Source: Nitrospirota bacterium (GTDB lineage: Bacteria > Nitrospirota > UBA9217). Taken from it: 64,000 bases of DNA. Numbering within the stretch: the stretch's first letter is position 1; each line of letters begins with the position of its first letter. The notes beneath the pieces are model-generated. The model did not search any database, was not told the DNA's origin, and saw nothing but the letters and a program-made list of their open reading frames with translations. Below, piece after piece: positions 53,922 to 64,000 of the stretch. A program made the translations under genes and the position numbers. The stretch spans positions 384,001 to 448,000 of the forward strand of contig CAWJQQ010000002.1 in assembly GCA_963845065.1 (NCBI GenBank), written 5' to 3'.

Positions 53922-54767
53922 TCAGGAGTCTTTTTTTGCGACCAGAACAGCGCAGCCTGCCAGCTCAACCACTTTTTCCGTCGTACTCCCCATCAGAAGT
54001 CTCTTGAGCCCCGTATTTCCGTACGCTCCCATGACGATCAGATCGACACCTTTGTCTTTTGCGGTTTCGACTATAACTTCATGAGGCTTTCCGACAAGGG
54101 ACATCGTCTCTGTGTGAATACCGGCCTGCTGTGCCGCATGCGCGATATCGCCGGCATCCGCCCGCGCTTTTTCCTTCTGGTCTTCCGAGGGAACCACGGA
54201 AACAACAATCAAGCGGCTTCCACAGCGTTTTGCGATTTCAATCGCTTCTGTACCCGCTGTGCGAGCGTGCTCCGATCCGTCCGTTGCGACCAAAATATTC
54301 TTGAACCCGATTCCTGCTGCCTGGGAAACAACCAGGACTTTGCACGGCGCGTGCCCGATAATTTTCGCGGCTGCTCTGCCGAGGAGGACCCTCTCCAGTC
54401 CGCTACGGCCCTGTCTGCCGACTGCTATCATATCAATTTCTTTTTGCGCCGCCTCTTCAACGATAAGCCGGGAGGCGCTGTCCCCACGGCGCAAGATCGT
54501 CTCGCAGGACGGTATCGTTTCTAACGCCCTCACCTTGATTGATGCAAGGTATCGAGCGGCCTCCTGCGTTTCTTTCTGTAAAAGATCCGCGCCGGCGGTC
54601 TCATATTCCGGATTTTTTTCCACAACTGTCATGATAAATAATTTGCTCGAACAGTTTTTTGCAAAAGCTATCGCCGCGGTTATCGCACCTTCACTGAACA
54701 GCGAACGGTCTGTTGCTACGAGTAATCTTTCAAGTTTCAATACGGGACAGTACTGACCGTGGTTCAT
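53922..54767 (-). CDS. Tandem universal stress protein
   Basis: Two USP domains (LVATD.S; IVMGAYG...LLMGS). Confidence 0.92.
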   Translation of the reverse strand: MNHGQYCPVLKLERLLVATDRSLFSEGAITAAIAFAKNCSSKLFIMTVVEKNPEYETAGADLLQKETQEAARYLASIKVRALETIPSCETILRRGDSASRLIVEEAAQKEIDMIAVGRQGRSGLERVLLGRAAAKIIGHAPCKVLVVSQAAGIGFKNILVATDGSEHARTAGTEAIEIAKRCGSRLIVVSVVPSEDQKEKARADAGDIAHAAQQAGIHTETMSLVGKPHEVIVETAKDKGVDLIVMGAYGNTGLKRLLMGSTTEKVVELAGCAVLVAKKDS

Positions 54768-56102
54768 GGTTTAACCCTCCTTGGATTGTAATTCTTTTGG
54801 TTTATTAGATTCCCTGTAAACCCTCGTCTCAATACCTCGCTTTGCATCGCCTTAGTCTTCTGCCGAGTTCAATATGTCCCAGAGGAAAAGAGGAAAATGA
54901 GTAACAAGAGTTTGATTTAATTTTACCTCATTCTGTGGCCAGTAATGGTTCGCTGCAAACAATATGCAACAGAGAGCACAATTTTCATAGTAATGTCATG
55001 TGTTGGTTTTGGATATAGGAGATACTGTCTTTCGGTATAACTCCCCGAGCGGGGCTTGGGGGCCTCTATATAGTTATATGCGACAACCCTGCATGAGATC
55101 TTACGGCAGCCGCTTTATCTATCACCGGATAGCGACCTGTTTTTTTATACTGCTCAATTAAGTTGTCCCTTGCCTTCCTTTCTGATGTTGCAGCTACATG
55201 GGACAATATTCATTCTTGACGTTAGTGCTTATTTTCACGTATTGACATAACGGCAGTGTGCGTGTAAAAGAGATTCTGCTGTTTATCATAATTTATATTG
55301 GAGTTCCGATTTGAAACGTATGAAGCTCTGATTGTTGGTTATTGTTCTGCTCCTGTTTAAGCTGAACTCTCTACAAGGTTCAGCGGCGGAACACGACCCT
55401 TACCAAGAACATAATACCGCTCTTCTCATTGATGCCCCCAGCCACACAATGTGGATGTGTCAAATGAGTGATGCGATCGCCGGATTCCCAATAGCCAACT
55501 GCCATGTGGTGTAAAAAAGCGGCACAAAAGGGACAAAAAAACTTCCGTGGGTGTGTTCGGTCTTCGCATTACGAGACACCTCTGCAAGATCCGATTTTTT
55601 GCCGGGCTCATGGGTCTGGCGTAAGCGGTGAATGAGAGGATGCTTACGGCCCTTGCAGCTGGACAAAAAACATACTAGCTACCGATTCTCTCTTGATTAT
55701 GCCCGGTGGTGTTTTCACAGCGTCTACAATCCTTTTGGTCACAACGCCGCAGCAGGCCGTTGTGAATCACTACAACAGGCTCGGTGCGGAGGCAATGATC
55801 TTATCCTCTGGTTTGCACTGTTGACTGTAGGAATTACATTTTTGAGATCTATCTGAATATTATAGACTATCAAAAAGAGGTTGCAACCCGTTATCCTGTG
55901 CGATGTGAAGGATCTCAAACTTTTGGAAGGTAGAAATTTTTCTCTGCGCGTGAATGATGAAGTCTTATATGTAACTCAGCTTGATCGAAAGGGGATAACA
56001 AAGGTAGAAATATAATTGATAAGTTTGAAGAGACAGGGCTACGACAATTCTAGGAATCGAAGGAAAAGAGTCAGGTGAAAAAACGTAACTCCTTGGATTA
56101 AT

Positions 56103-56180
56103 TGGCGTCCCCAAGGGGATTCGAACCCCTGTTATCGCCGTGAAAGGGCGGTGTCCTGGGCCGGGCTAGACGATGGGGAC
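56103..56180 (-). tRNA. tRNA-Glu(TTC)
   Basis: GTCCCCA...anticodon loop CTTTCAC...GGTTCGAATCC...TGGGGAC-G-CCA. Confidence 0.97.
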
Positions 56181-56270
56181 GGATATTACCTATTCTTTCA
56201 AAGTTCAAGATGAGAGCGATGAGACACCAAATCATGGCTAAAAGCTCTTAACTCAAAACTGTATTTATAC

Positions 56271-56346
56271 TGGTGAGCCGGCTGGGATTTGAACCCAGGA
56301 CACCCGCCTTAAAAGGGCGGTGCTCTACCAACTGAGCTACCGGCCC
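56271..56346 (-). tRNA. tRNA-Lys(TTT)
   Basis: GGGCCGG TAGCTCAGTTGGTAGAGC...loop CTTTTAA...GGTTCAAATCC...CCA. Confidence 0.97.
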
Positions 56347-56414
56347 GCTCACGCGGTCTTCGCTAAAGCTGCATATATTAACAAAGAACTGCTATCTTTG
56401 TCAATAGAAAATAC

Positions 56415-57743
<1,329 letters not shown>

Positions 57744-57782
57744 TCAGCAAATTTGCTCTCAGCATTCGGTACATGGAATTTG

Positions 57783-59360
57783 CTATATTTTAACCTGTTT
57801 CACCGATAGAACGTTCGGAAGTTTCTTTATCTTTTCCATGAGGTCATCGGACACGGTGCTGTCGATGCTTACCACCGACATCGCGAGGCCACCTTGTTTC
57901 TCCCGGCCAAACTGCATTCTTGCTATATTGACCCCGTTCTGGCCCAAAAGGGTGCCGATGCCGCCGATGACGCCTGGCTTGTCGTTGTTCATAAGCACAA
58001 GCATATCGCCCTCGGGTACAGTCTCCATCGGAAAATTGTCGACCTGGATGATGCGGGGCTCTTTCTTGCTGTTCAGTGTTCCCGACGCGGAAACGTCCTT
58101 GCCGCCTGCCTTAATTCTGAGCATAATGAGGCTCGTGTACTCCGTCGCTTCGCTCGATTTGGACACCTTTACATCGATGCCGCGGTCCTTGGCGATGAGC
58201 GGGGCGTTTACGTAGTTCACATTTTCCTGGAGCGTCAACGTAAGTAGCCCTTTGAGCGCTGCTAGCGTTATCGGTTCCTGCTTAAGGTTCGCTACCTCGC
58301 CGCTGTACTCCACCGTCACCTGGGTGAGCCCCCCTTCGAAAAGCTGAGCGATGAACAAACCCATACGCTCCGCAAGGTTTATGTAGGGCGAGAGTGTTGG
58401 GAGCTGGTCTGCGGGTACCGAGGGCACATTCACGGCATTTCTCACAGTTCCGGCGATAAGATAATCTACGATCTGTTCGGCCACTGCCACAGCCACATTC
58501 TCCTGCGCCTCCAGTGTAGACGCGCCCAAGTGGGGTGTTGCAATAAAATTATCTAGTGTGAGGAGCGGATGGTTCTCTGGCGGCTCCTTCTCAAAAACGT
58601 CGAAGGCAGCTGCCGCAACCTTACCGCGCTTCAGGGCCTCGTAAAGGTCCTGTTCATTCACAATGCCGCCACGGGCGCAGTTAATGATGCGCACGTTGTC
58701 CTTCATCTGGGAGATTGTGACATTGTTGATGAGGTTTGCCGTCTCCTTGGTCTTGGGTGTGTGGACCGTGATGAAATCAGCCCGTTTGTAGATCGTTGGG
58801 AGGTCTACAAGCTCAATCCCGAGGCTCTTCGCCTTTTCCGTGGAGATGAAGGGGTCGTAGGCCAGGACCTTCATGCCGAGGCCGATGGCCCGGCTCGCAA
58901 CGACAGCGCCTATAGCGCCGAGACCGATAACACCCAAGGTCTTGGCATAGAGTTCAACGCCCTCAAATTTCTTCTTTTCCCACTTACCGGCCTTGAGCGA
59001 TGCATAAGCCTGTGGGATCATGCGGGCGCAGGCGAAGATCATGCCGATAGTGTGTTCTGCTGTGGTGACCGTGTTCCCACCGGGCGTATTCATGACAACA
59101 ACGCCCTTTTTGGTTGCAGCCGGGATGTCCACATTGTCTAAGCCGCTGCCTGCACGGCCGACAATCTTGAGCTTCACTGCTTTATCGAGAAGTCCGGCCG
59201 TAACTTTTGTCGCCGAGCGGATAATCAAGGCGTCATAATCGCCGATAATCTTCTCGATCTCTTCAACCGATGTTTTGCTCCGGGCATCCACTTCAAGCCC
59301 GGCCTTTTTCAGTATCTCCACCCCTATTGGGGAGAGATTATCGCTGATGAGAATCTTCAT
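57783..59360 (-). CDS. serA: D-3-phosphoglycerate dehydrogenase (long form with ASB and ACT domains)
   Basis: RAGSGLDNVD, GLGAIG, NCARGG, PHLGAST motifs and C-terminal ACT domain. Confidence 0.96.
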   Translation of the reverse strand: MKILISDNLSPIGVEILKKAGLEVDARSKTSVEEIEKIIGDYDALIIRSATKVTAGLLDKAVKLKIVGRAGSGLDNVDIPAATKKGVVVMNTPGGNTVTTAEHTIGMIFACARMIPQAYASLKAGKWEKKKFEGVELYAKTLGVIGLGAIGAVVASRAIGLGMKVLAYDPFISTEKAKSLGIELVDLPTIYKRADFITVHTPKTKETANLINNVTISQMKDNVRIINCARGGIVNEQDLYEALKRGKVAAAAFDVFEKEPPENHPLLTLDNFIATPHLGASTLEAQENVAVAVAEQIVDYLIAGTVRNAVNVPSVPADQLPTLSPYINLAERMGLFIAQLFEGGLTQVTVEYSGEVANLKQEPITLAALKGLLTLTLQENVNYVNAPLIAKDRGIDVKVSKSSEATEYTSLIMLRIKAGGKDVSASGTLNSKKEPRIIQVDNFPMETVPEGDMLVLMNNDKPGVIGGIGTLLGQNGVNIARMQFGREKQGGLAMSVVSIDSTVSDDLMEKIKKLPNVLSVKQVKI

Positions 59361-59551
59361 GAATCCTCCTGAATTCAATCTAACCACGAATAAATACGGT
59401 AATACGTTGATTTTGATCCGTAGGGACACAGCGTACTGGAAAAAAAGAACGTAAACCTGAATTTCAAAAAAAATTTCTTAATTCATTGTTGCCGATCTTT
59501 CTCGTGTCTAAAATTTTTCCAGTTTAACCATATTGATCCGCAGTTAAAAAA

Positions 59552-60688
59552 TTATTTCATCAATATTTCCTGAGCCGCTCCAACACCTGTGCCGAGTTTG
59601 ACCGGATGACCCAAACCCTTTAGTACCATCTCGATGCCGGCGATGGCCGTGATCACGTCGAAGGTGTCAGCATAGCCCAAGTGCGCGATACGGAAGATCT
59701 TACCTTTGAGTTTGTCCTGACCTCCCGCGCCGGTAATACCGTACTTCACGCGCAAATCTTTGTAGATCGCCTGGCCATCAACGCCTGCCGGTGCCTCGAT
59801 TGCCGTCAGCGCATTGCTCGGGTTTTCCTTGGGGAACAGTTTGAGACCCAAGGCCGTTGCTCCCGCTCGCGTCGCTTTTGCTAGCCGTTCGTGGCGCGCA
59901 AGTACGTTTTCAAACCCTTCGTCCTGTAACATTTTTATGCAGGTGTTAAGCCCGATGATGAGCGTTACCGGCGACGTAAAAAGTGTCTGGTTCTTTGCAA
60001 GATTCTCCCGTTCCTTCTTGAAGTTGAAATAGAACTTAGGCGTCTTGGCCACATCAGCCATCTTCCAGGCCTTGTCGCTCACGGAAACGAAAGAGAGTCC
60101 CGGCGGGAGCATTACGCCCTTCTGGGAACCGCCGACCATGACGTCAATACCCCACTCATCGGTCTTGAGATCATGGGCTACGAGAGCCGAGATGGCGTCA
60201 ACGACGAACAAAGCATCGGTCTTTTTTACGATCGAGGCTACGGACTTAATGTCGTGGTATACGCCGGTTGATGTTTCGTTGGCTTGAATGAACACTGCTT
60301 TGATCTTGGAGTTCTTCTTAAGGCTTGCCTCGATCTGCTCTGGCTTAACCGCGTAGCCCCATTCCACAACAATTTCTTCTACCTTCATGCCGTAGGACTG
60401 GCAGATTTTGGTCCAGCGTTCGCCGAATTTACCACCGTTCACGACAAGTACATCGTCACCGGGGTTCAGAAAATTGTTCACCGAACCAACCATGCCCCCG
60501 GTGCCAGTGGAGCATAGAATGAGTACGTCATTCTTGGTCTGATAGAGCCATTGCAGGCCTTTTTTGGCTGAATCGAGAACTGGGAGAAAATCCGGAGCAC
60601 GATGGTGCATAATAGGCATGGCCATGGCCAGAAGCGCCTCTGCCGGTACTGGGGTCGGGCCAGGGGCCAAGAGATATTTTTTTTGCAT
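59552..60688 (-). CDS. Class V PLP aminotransferase (probable alternative phosphoserine aminotransferase)
   Basis: PGPT, ETSTG, DAIS, GSQKG and FRIAHLG motifs; directly upstream of serA. Confidence 0.9.
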   Translation of the reverse strand: MQKKYLLAPGPTPVPAEALLAMAMPIMHHRAPDFLPVLDSAKKGLQWLYQTKNDVLILCSTGTGGMVGSVNNFLNPGDDVLVVNGGKFGERWTKICQSYGMKVEEIVVEWGYAVKPEQIEASLKKNSKIKAVFIQANETSTGVYHDIKSVASIVKKTDALFVVDAISALVAHDLKTDEWGIDVMVGGSQKGVMLPPGLSFVSVSDKAWKMADVAKTPKFYFNFKKERENLAKNQTLFTSPVTLIIGLNTCIKMLQDEGFENVLARHERLAKATRAGATALGLKLFPKENPSNALTAIEAPAGVDGQAIYKDLRVKYGITGAGGQDKLKGKIFRIAHLGYADTFDVITAIAGIEMVLKGLGHPVKLGTGVGAAQEILMK

Positions 60689-60992
60689 GAGTGTATCCTC
60701 CAAAGTAGTGTAAACAATATCAATCGTCAGATTTTTGTTAGGAACAATCGCGAAAACGGAGCTGAATTATGCTCTGAAGTAAATTAATGTCCCGTCGGGA
60801 TGGGACCTATGCCCGGGTTGGCATGTCGATGGGATAGAGTGGATGTCTGTGCTGTATCAAGGTAATACTGCCTCTCTTTGGATAATCCAGATTATTCACA
60901 ATGACACTAACATAAGCCGGTGAAAATTGTCAAGAAAATAGTTAAGCCTGCAACTGTAGAGTGTCGCAGGCTATCGGGGGTGTTTCCCAACC

Positions 60993-61388
60993 CTATTTTT
61001 GCACGATATCCATAATCAAACTCAAGGACAGCACCGGGTTCATTCGGTCGCTAGAATAAACGCTGACATACTTAACCACATGCCCGCTCTTGTCAGTCGT
61101 ATCCACATCCGCTTTTATCTGTCCTACGGCCCCAGGGTCAAGGTGATTCGAACTAATCACCGCAGCAGTGCAGCCTCAGGATGGCATGATTCGCTCAATA
61201 TCCAGAGGCTCATTCCCGCCATTTCTGATTTCAAATATGTGGCTTACTTTGGTTCCCTCGACGACTTTGCCGAAATCATATTGTACTTCCTTGGCTATTA
61301 TCTTTGGCCCTTTTGATTCCTGCGCCATGAGCGACCCGGCAGCCAAGAGGGCAACCAGCACCATGCTGATCCAAAAGATTTTCTTCAT
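60993..61388 (-). CDS. DUF1573-like exported protein, putative selenoprotein (131 aa, Sec at UGA 61178-61176)
   Basis: Signal peptide, YDFG.V, F.IRN.G.EPL.I..I.PS-UGA-GCTA...L.PG..G.I...DT....G...K.V.VYSSD..NP; frame stays open to TAG 60993. Confidence 0.85.
61142..61161 (-). promoter_or_regulatory. Putative bacterial SECIS hairpin
   Basis: GGTGATT-AGTTCG-AATCACC stem-loop starting 14 nt after the in-frame UGA. Confidence 0.7.
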
Positions 61389-61455
61389 CACAATGTCCTT
61401 TCTGCAATAGGCCTTTACGCCTTTTTTCAGCATGTCGGATTCCGCGCCCCCATTT

Positions 61456-62163
61456 TCAGAGCCCCATTTTTTTCTGGTAAATCATGTTGATCAGTTCGTC
61501 TCGGCTAATCAATCCCTTCTCAATTAGAAGCGTGATGAGCGCCTCAAATCGCATTCTCGTGTCCTGAAGTGACTGCTGCGTCGATTCTTCCTTGGATAGG
61601 ATTGGCGATTTCACATCGTTCTCAGCATTCTTATTCATGCTGAGTTCGCTTCCGTGAATGATTTCCATCTTTCCGCCCAAAGTGTTCTTTTGATTATATA
61701 AAGACCCACCTCTCTGTTTTCGTACGATCTCTTCACCATCATAGTACTTTTTGATGGCATCATTGATCTCGGACTCAAGGGCTAGCGACGGTTTAATGTT
61801 CAATCCCGTGATAAATCGGACCTCGTCGATCGCCTCTATGTCAAGGGGGTCCGACATGGCGAGCATGAGGATACCCTTGTCCCGCCTCGCGGGGATAATG
61901 TGATATTTCTTCGCGATCTCGGGCTTAATAAGCCTGATCAAGTTCTCGGGTATTTCAGGGTTAAACAGGTTGATATACGGCGTATGTAATTTTTCTGCGA
62001 TAACTCTAGCGAGGTCTGCCTCACTTATGAATTCCAGTTCAATAATAATAGAACCGAGTTTTCCTCCCCAGTTCCGCTGGTACGATAATGCGGTCTCGAG
62101 CTGAAATTCATCGATAAGACCAGCCTCTTTGAGCATGTCGCCGAGTTTTTTTGCCTCGGCCAT
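61456..62163 (-). CDS. Stand-alone MshEN / T2SSE_N-domain protein (no ATPase domain)
   Basis: KLGDMLKEAGLIDEFQLETALSYQ...KLGSIIIEL; AMSDPLD motif. Confidence 0.85.
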   Translation of the reverse strand: MAEAKKLGDMLKEAGLIDEFQLETALSYQRNWGGKLGSIIIELEFISEADLARVIAEKLHTPYINLFNPEIPENLIRLIKPEIAKKYHIIPARRDKGILMLAMSDPLDIEAIDEVRFITGLNIKPSLALESEINDAIKKYYDGEEIVRKQRGGSLYNQKNTLGGKMEIIHGSELSMNKNAENDVKSPILSKEESTQQSLQDTRMRFEALITLLIEKGLISRDELINMIYQKKMGL

Positions 62164-62416
62164 CGGATAGCCTCCCTTATATGAAAAATGTGACTAGAAC
62201 TGATTCAAATTATATGCCGCTAATACGGGAAATGCAACGGTTTTTGACAAATAATTAAAGTTTTATATGCACGATCAAACACATAAAAGGTAAAACGCAA
62301 GAAAATCCGGAATAAAGACAATCACTACTATTTCTCAACGTGACTCCCGTCAGCTAATTTTCTTCACTGTCGCTGCATCCATCCGGGAATACGAAGGATT
62401 ATGTCTGTTCTTCGGA

Positions 62417-63169
62417 TTATGTCACCGGCGTCACTAGCAAATGCCTTAGATCCACATCCGCAAGCGCGGCAAGCAGGCTTGCTTTGATGCCGGGATGCTC
62501 CTGTTCAAGCCCACTAAGCATTTTTTTTATTTTCACCCTTTTTTGGTCCTCGTCTCCGCAAGCAGGGCATGCGCAGCATGTGATAGGGAACCCACCTTCA
62601 GATGCGTAGCAAACGATATCATCCTCCGGCACATACACTAGGGGCCGGATTACCACATTCCGTCCGTCATCGGCACGCAGGAGGGGGGCCATTGCCTTTA
62701 TGGCACCGTTATAAAATTGATTGAGCAACAGCGTCTCGATGAAATCATCGCGGTGGTGGCCGAGGGCCAGCTTCGTGCACCCAAGCTCCTGGGCTTGCGT
62801 ATACAGCACGCCTCGTTTGATCCGGGAGCATAGAGAGCATGGCGTATCATCAGGAGTAAGTTTTTCGAGCATAAGTTGATGAATAGGCGCGGGAACTACA
62901 TGATATTCAAAGTCGTGAGCCCGAAGATAATCTTCCATCAGCCCGGTTTGGAAGCCAGGAAAGCCAGGATGCACAGTGACTGCGACGAGCGAGAATGTGA
63001 TTGGAGCACGAAGCCTCAGGCTGTCCAATATATGGAGTAGTGTCCAGCTGTCTTTCCCACCCGAGAGTGCGACGAGGATCCGATCATGGTTATCGATGAG
63101 GCCGAAATCTCCGATCGCCTTGCCGGTAAGTCGTCGGATGGAATGTTCCATTCGTTCTAATGAGCGCAT
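62417..63169 (-). CDS. ttcA: tRNA 2-thiocytidine(32) synthetase
   Basis: SGGKDS PP-loop, CSLCSR, GHHRDD, IRPL and C-terminal Cys motif; the 362-aa track ORF over-extends the start. Confidence 0.92.
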   Translation of the reverse strand: MRSLERMEHSIRRLTGKAIGDFGLIDNHDRILVALSGGKDSWTLLHILDSLRLRAPITFSLVAVTVHPGFPGFQTGLMEDYLRAHDFEYHVVPAPIHQLMLEKLTPDDTPCSLCSRIKRGVLYTQAQELGCTKLALGHHRDDFIETLLLNQFYNGAIKAMAPLLRADDGRNVVIRPLVYVPEDDIVCYASEGGFPITCCACPACGDEDQKRVKIKKMLSGLEQEHPGIKASLLAALADVDLRHLLVTPVT

Positions 63170-63233
63170 ACGAGGAATGCTAATGCCTACGACCTCGTAA
63201 GTCAACCTTTTTTGTCGGAGATTAAGCTGAATT

Positions 63234-63275
63234 AAAAAAAAGGGCCCCCGGATACTCGATCCGGGGGCCCTTTTT
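63234..63275 (-). terminator. Intrinsic terminator (bidirectional-type)
   Basis: AAAAAGGGCCCCCGGAT-loop-ATCCGGGGGCCCTTTTT. Confidence 0.88.
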
Positions 63276-63285
63276 GGATTCTTTT

Positions 63286-63624
63286 TTAACGTCTTCTTTT
63301 GGTTGCCTTCTTTTTCGCTTTTTTCTTTGTGGCCTTTTTCTTCGATGCTTTCTTCTTTGTCGCTTTCTTCTTCACTGCTTTTTTCTTTGACGTTTTTTTC
63401 TGGGCTACTTTCTTCGCAGCCTTCTTCTTCGCTTTCTTTTTTGCCAGCTTTGGCTTTGTTACAGCTGCCGCAGCCAGTGCCGGAGGGGTTATCGGAATGT
63501 TGCATTCCGTAGCCTCCAGGCCGCAGCAGTACACCGGCTCCTCGTAAACATCACCGGTCCTTGTAACATCAATCTTTCTGCCGCACACCCTGCACTCATA
63601 CTGCATATTTTTTTCCATAGCCAT
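63286..63624 (-). CDS. Desulforedoxin-like metal-binding domain fused to a Lys/Ala-rich histone H1-like tail
   Basis: YECRVCG...YCCG then about nine KKKA-type repeats; RBS AGGAGG; terminator downstream. Confidence 0.8.
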   Translation of the reverse strand: MAMEKNMQYECRVCGRKIDVTRTGDVYEEPVYCCGLEATECNIPITPPALAAAAVTKPKLAKKKAKKKAAKKVAQKKTSKKKAVKKKATKKKASKKKATKKKAKKKATKRRR

Positions 63625-63874
63625 ACGCGTTGCCCTCCTTAGTAAGCTGATAACCCGCTTGAACGCGGGCGGTATAACGCTCTGACACTTTTACATCATA
63701 CTAGGAAAGACATTGAAGTCCTGGACAGAAAACGCCGCATGTAGCGCTAACACTACTCTTATTTGTTAACTGATACTGTAGAATCATCTTCATTAAATGT
63801 CAAGCTTTTTCGTGAAAACTATCATGAAATCGAGCCTAACACCACACGCGGGACTGCTTCTTATTCGCGTTGAT

Positions 63875-64000
63875 CATCGCCGTTTTTCTTTTGCCAGCTT
63901 TCGTTAGCTCCCAGATTTTTTCCATGCCTTCGAGTGCCGATAATAACGCCTCATCAGTCTTTTTCCCTTCCCATTCTTTGGTTTCGACGAGCCGATAAAG
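63875..64000 (-). CDS. C-terminal end of an unidentified protein (partial)
   Basis: Open frame LYRLVETKEWEGKKTDEALLSALEGMEKIWELTKAGKEKRR* running off the window edge. Confidence 0.5.

Noticed and set aside
55035..55080. attC site (GTATAAC...GTTATAT)
   Set aside because: About 45 bp is shorter than typical attC sites; no cassette ORF or array nearby
4267..56100. Single genomic island integrated at tRNA-Glu
   Set aside because: No duplicated tRNA 3' end seen by eye and no integrase next to the tRNA; the region looks like piecemeal accretion
60862..60900. ATACTGCCTCT...ATTCAC as a fourth copy of the structured repeat
   Set aside because: Only the two ends resemble it and the internal stems are absent; may be chance
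62345..62360. CCCGTCAGCTAA as a c-di-AMP (ydaO) riboswitch
   Set aside because: Only the 3' motif matches, upstream conserved blocks are missing, and it points away from any gene start
63170..63505. N-terminal extension of TtcA in the 362-aa track ORF
   Set aside because: Alternate-frame read-through of the Lys-rich gene that crosses a terminator

Overview
Bacterial chromosome segment. Gene style and content (ftsH-folP-cdaA-cdaR-glmM, sigma54-type promoter, selenoprotein signal) suggest a diderm anaerobe such as Nitrospirota or Desulfobacterota; this taxon call is inference. Housekeeping blocks lie at both ends: ftsH(3')-folP-cdaA-cdaR-glmM at 1-4266, and tRNA-Glu/tRNA-Lys, purA, serA, a class V aminotransferase and ttcA at 56100-64000. 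Between them is a patchwork ~50 kb region. It holds Pit/DUF47 phosphate transport, an acyl-CoA synthetase, a giant PPDK-like dikinase, Pal, a broken solute symporter, a rhodanese(pseudo)-TolC-MFP-RND-crotonase operon, a FadL-type porin, an envelope protease cluster, a P3A H+-ATPase and a USP. It also holds many mobile elements: intact IS4 and ISL3 with target duplications, an integrase+IS91 element, and several IS200/IS605 tnpB remnants and PATE-like minis. Best leads: (1) a hidden DUF1573-like selenoprotein (in-frame UGA in S-U-G-C plus a SECIS-like hairpin) that the ORF track truncates; (2) a ~100-nt structured element present three times, once at the 3' end of an atypical TnpB-like remnant and twice as orphans ending in TTCAC, i.e. 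candidate stand-alone omegaRNA guide loci; (3) a 1472-aa dikinase lacking the pyruvate domain; (4) a desulforedoxin-like domain fused to a histone H1-like tail. No CRISPR array or rRNA was seen.
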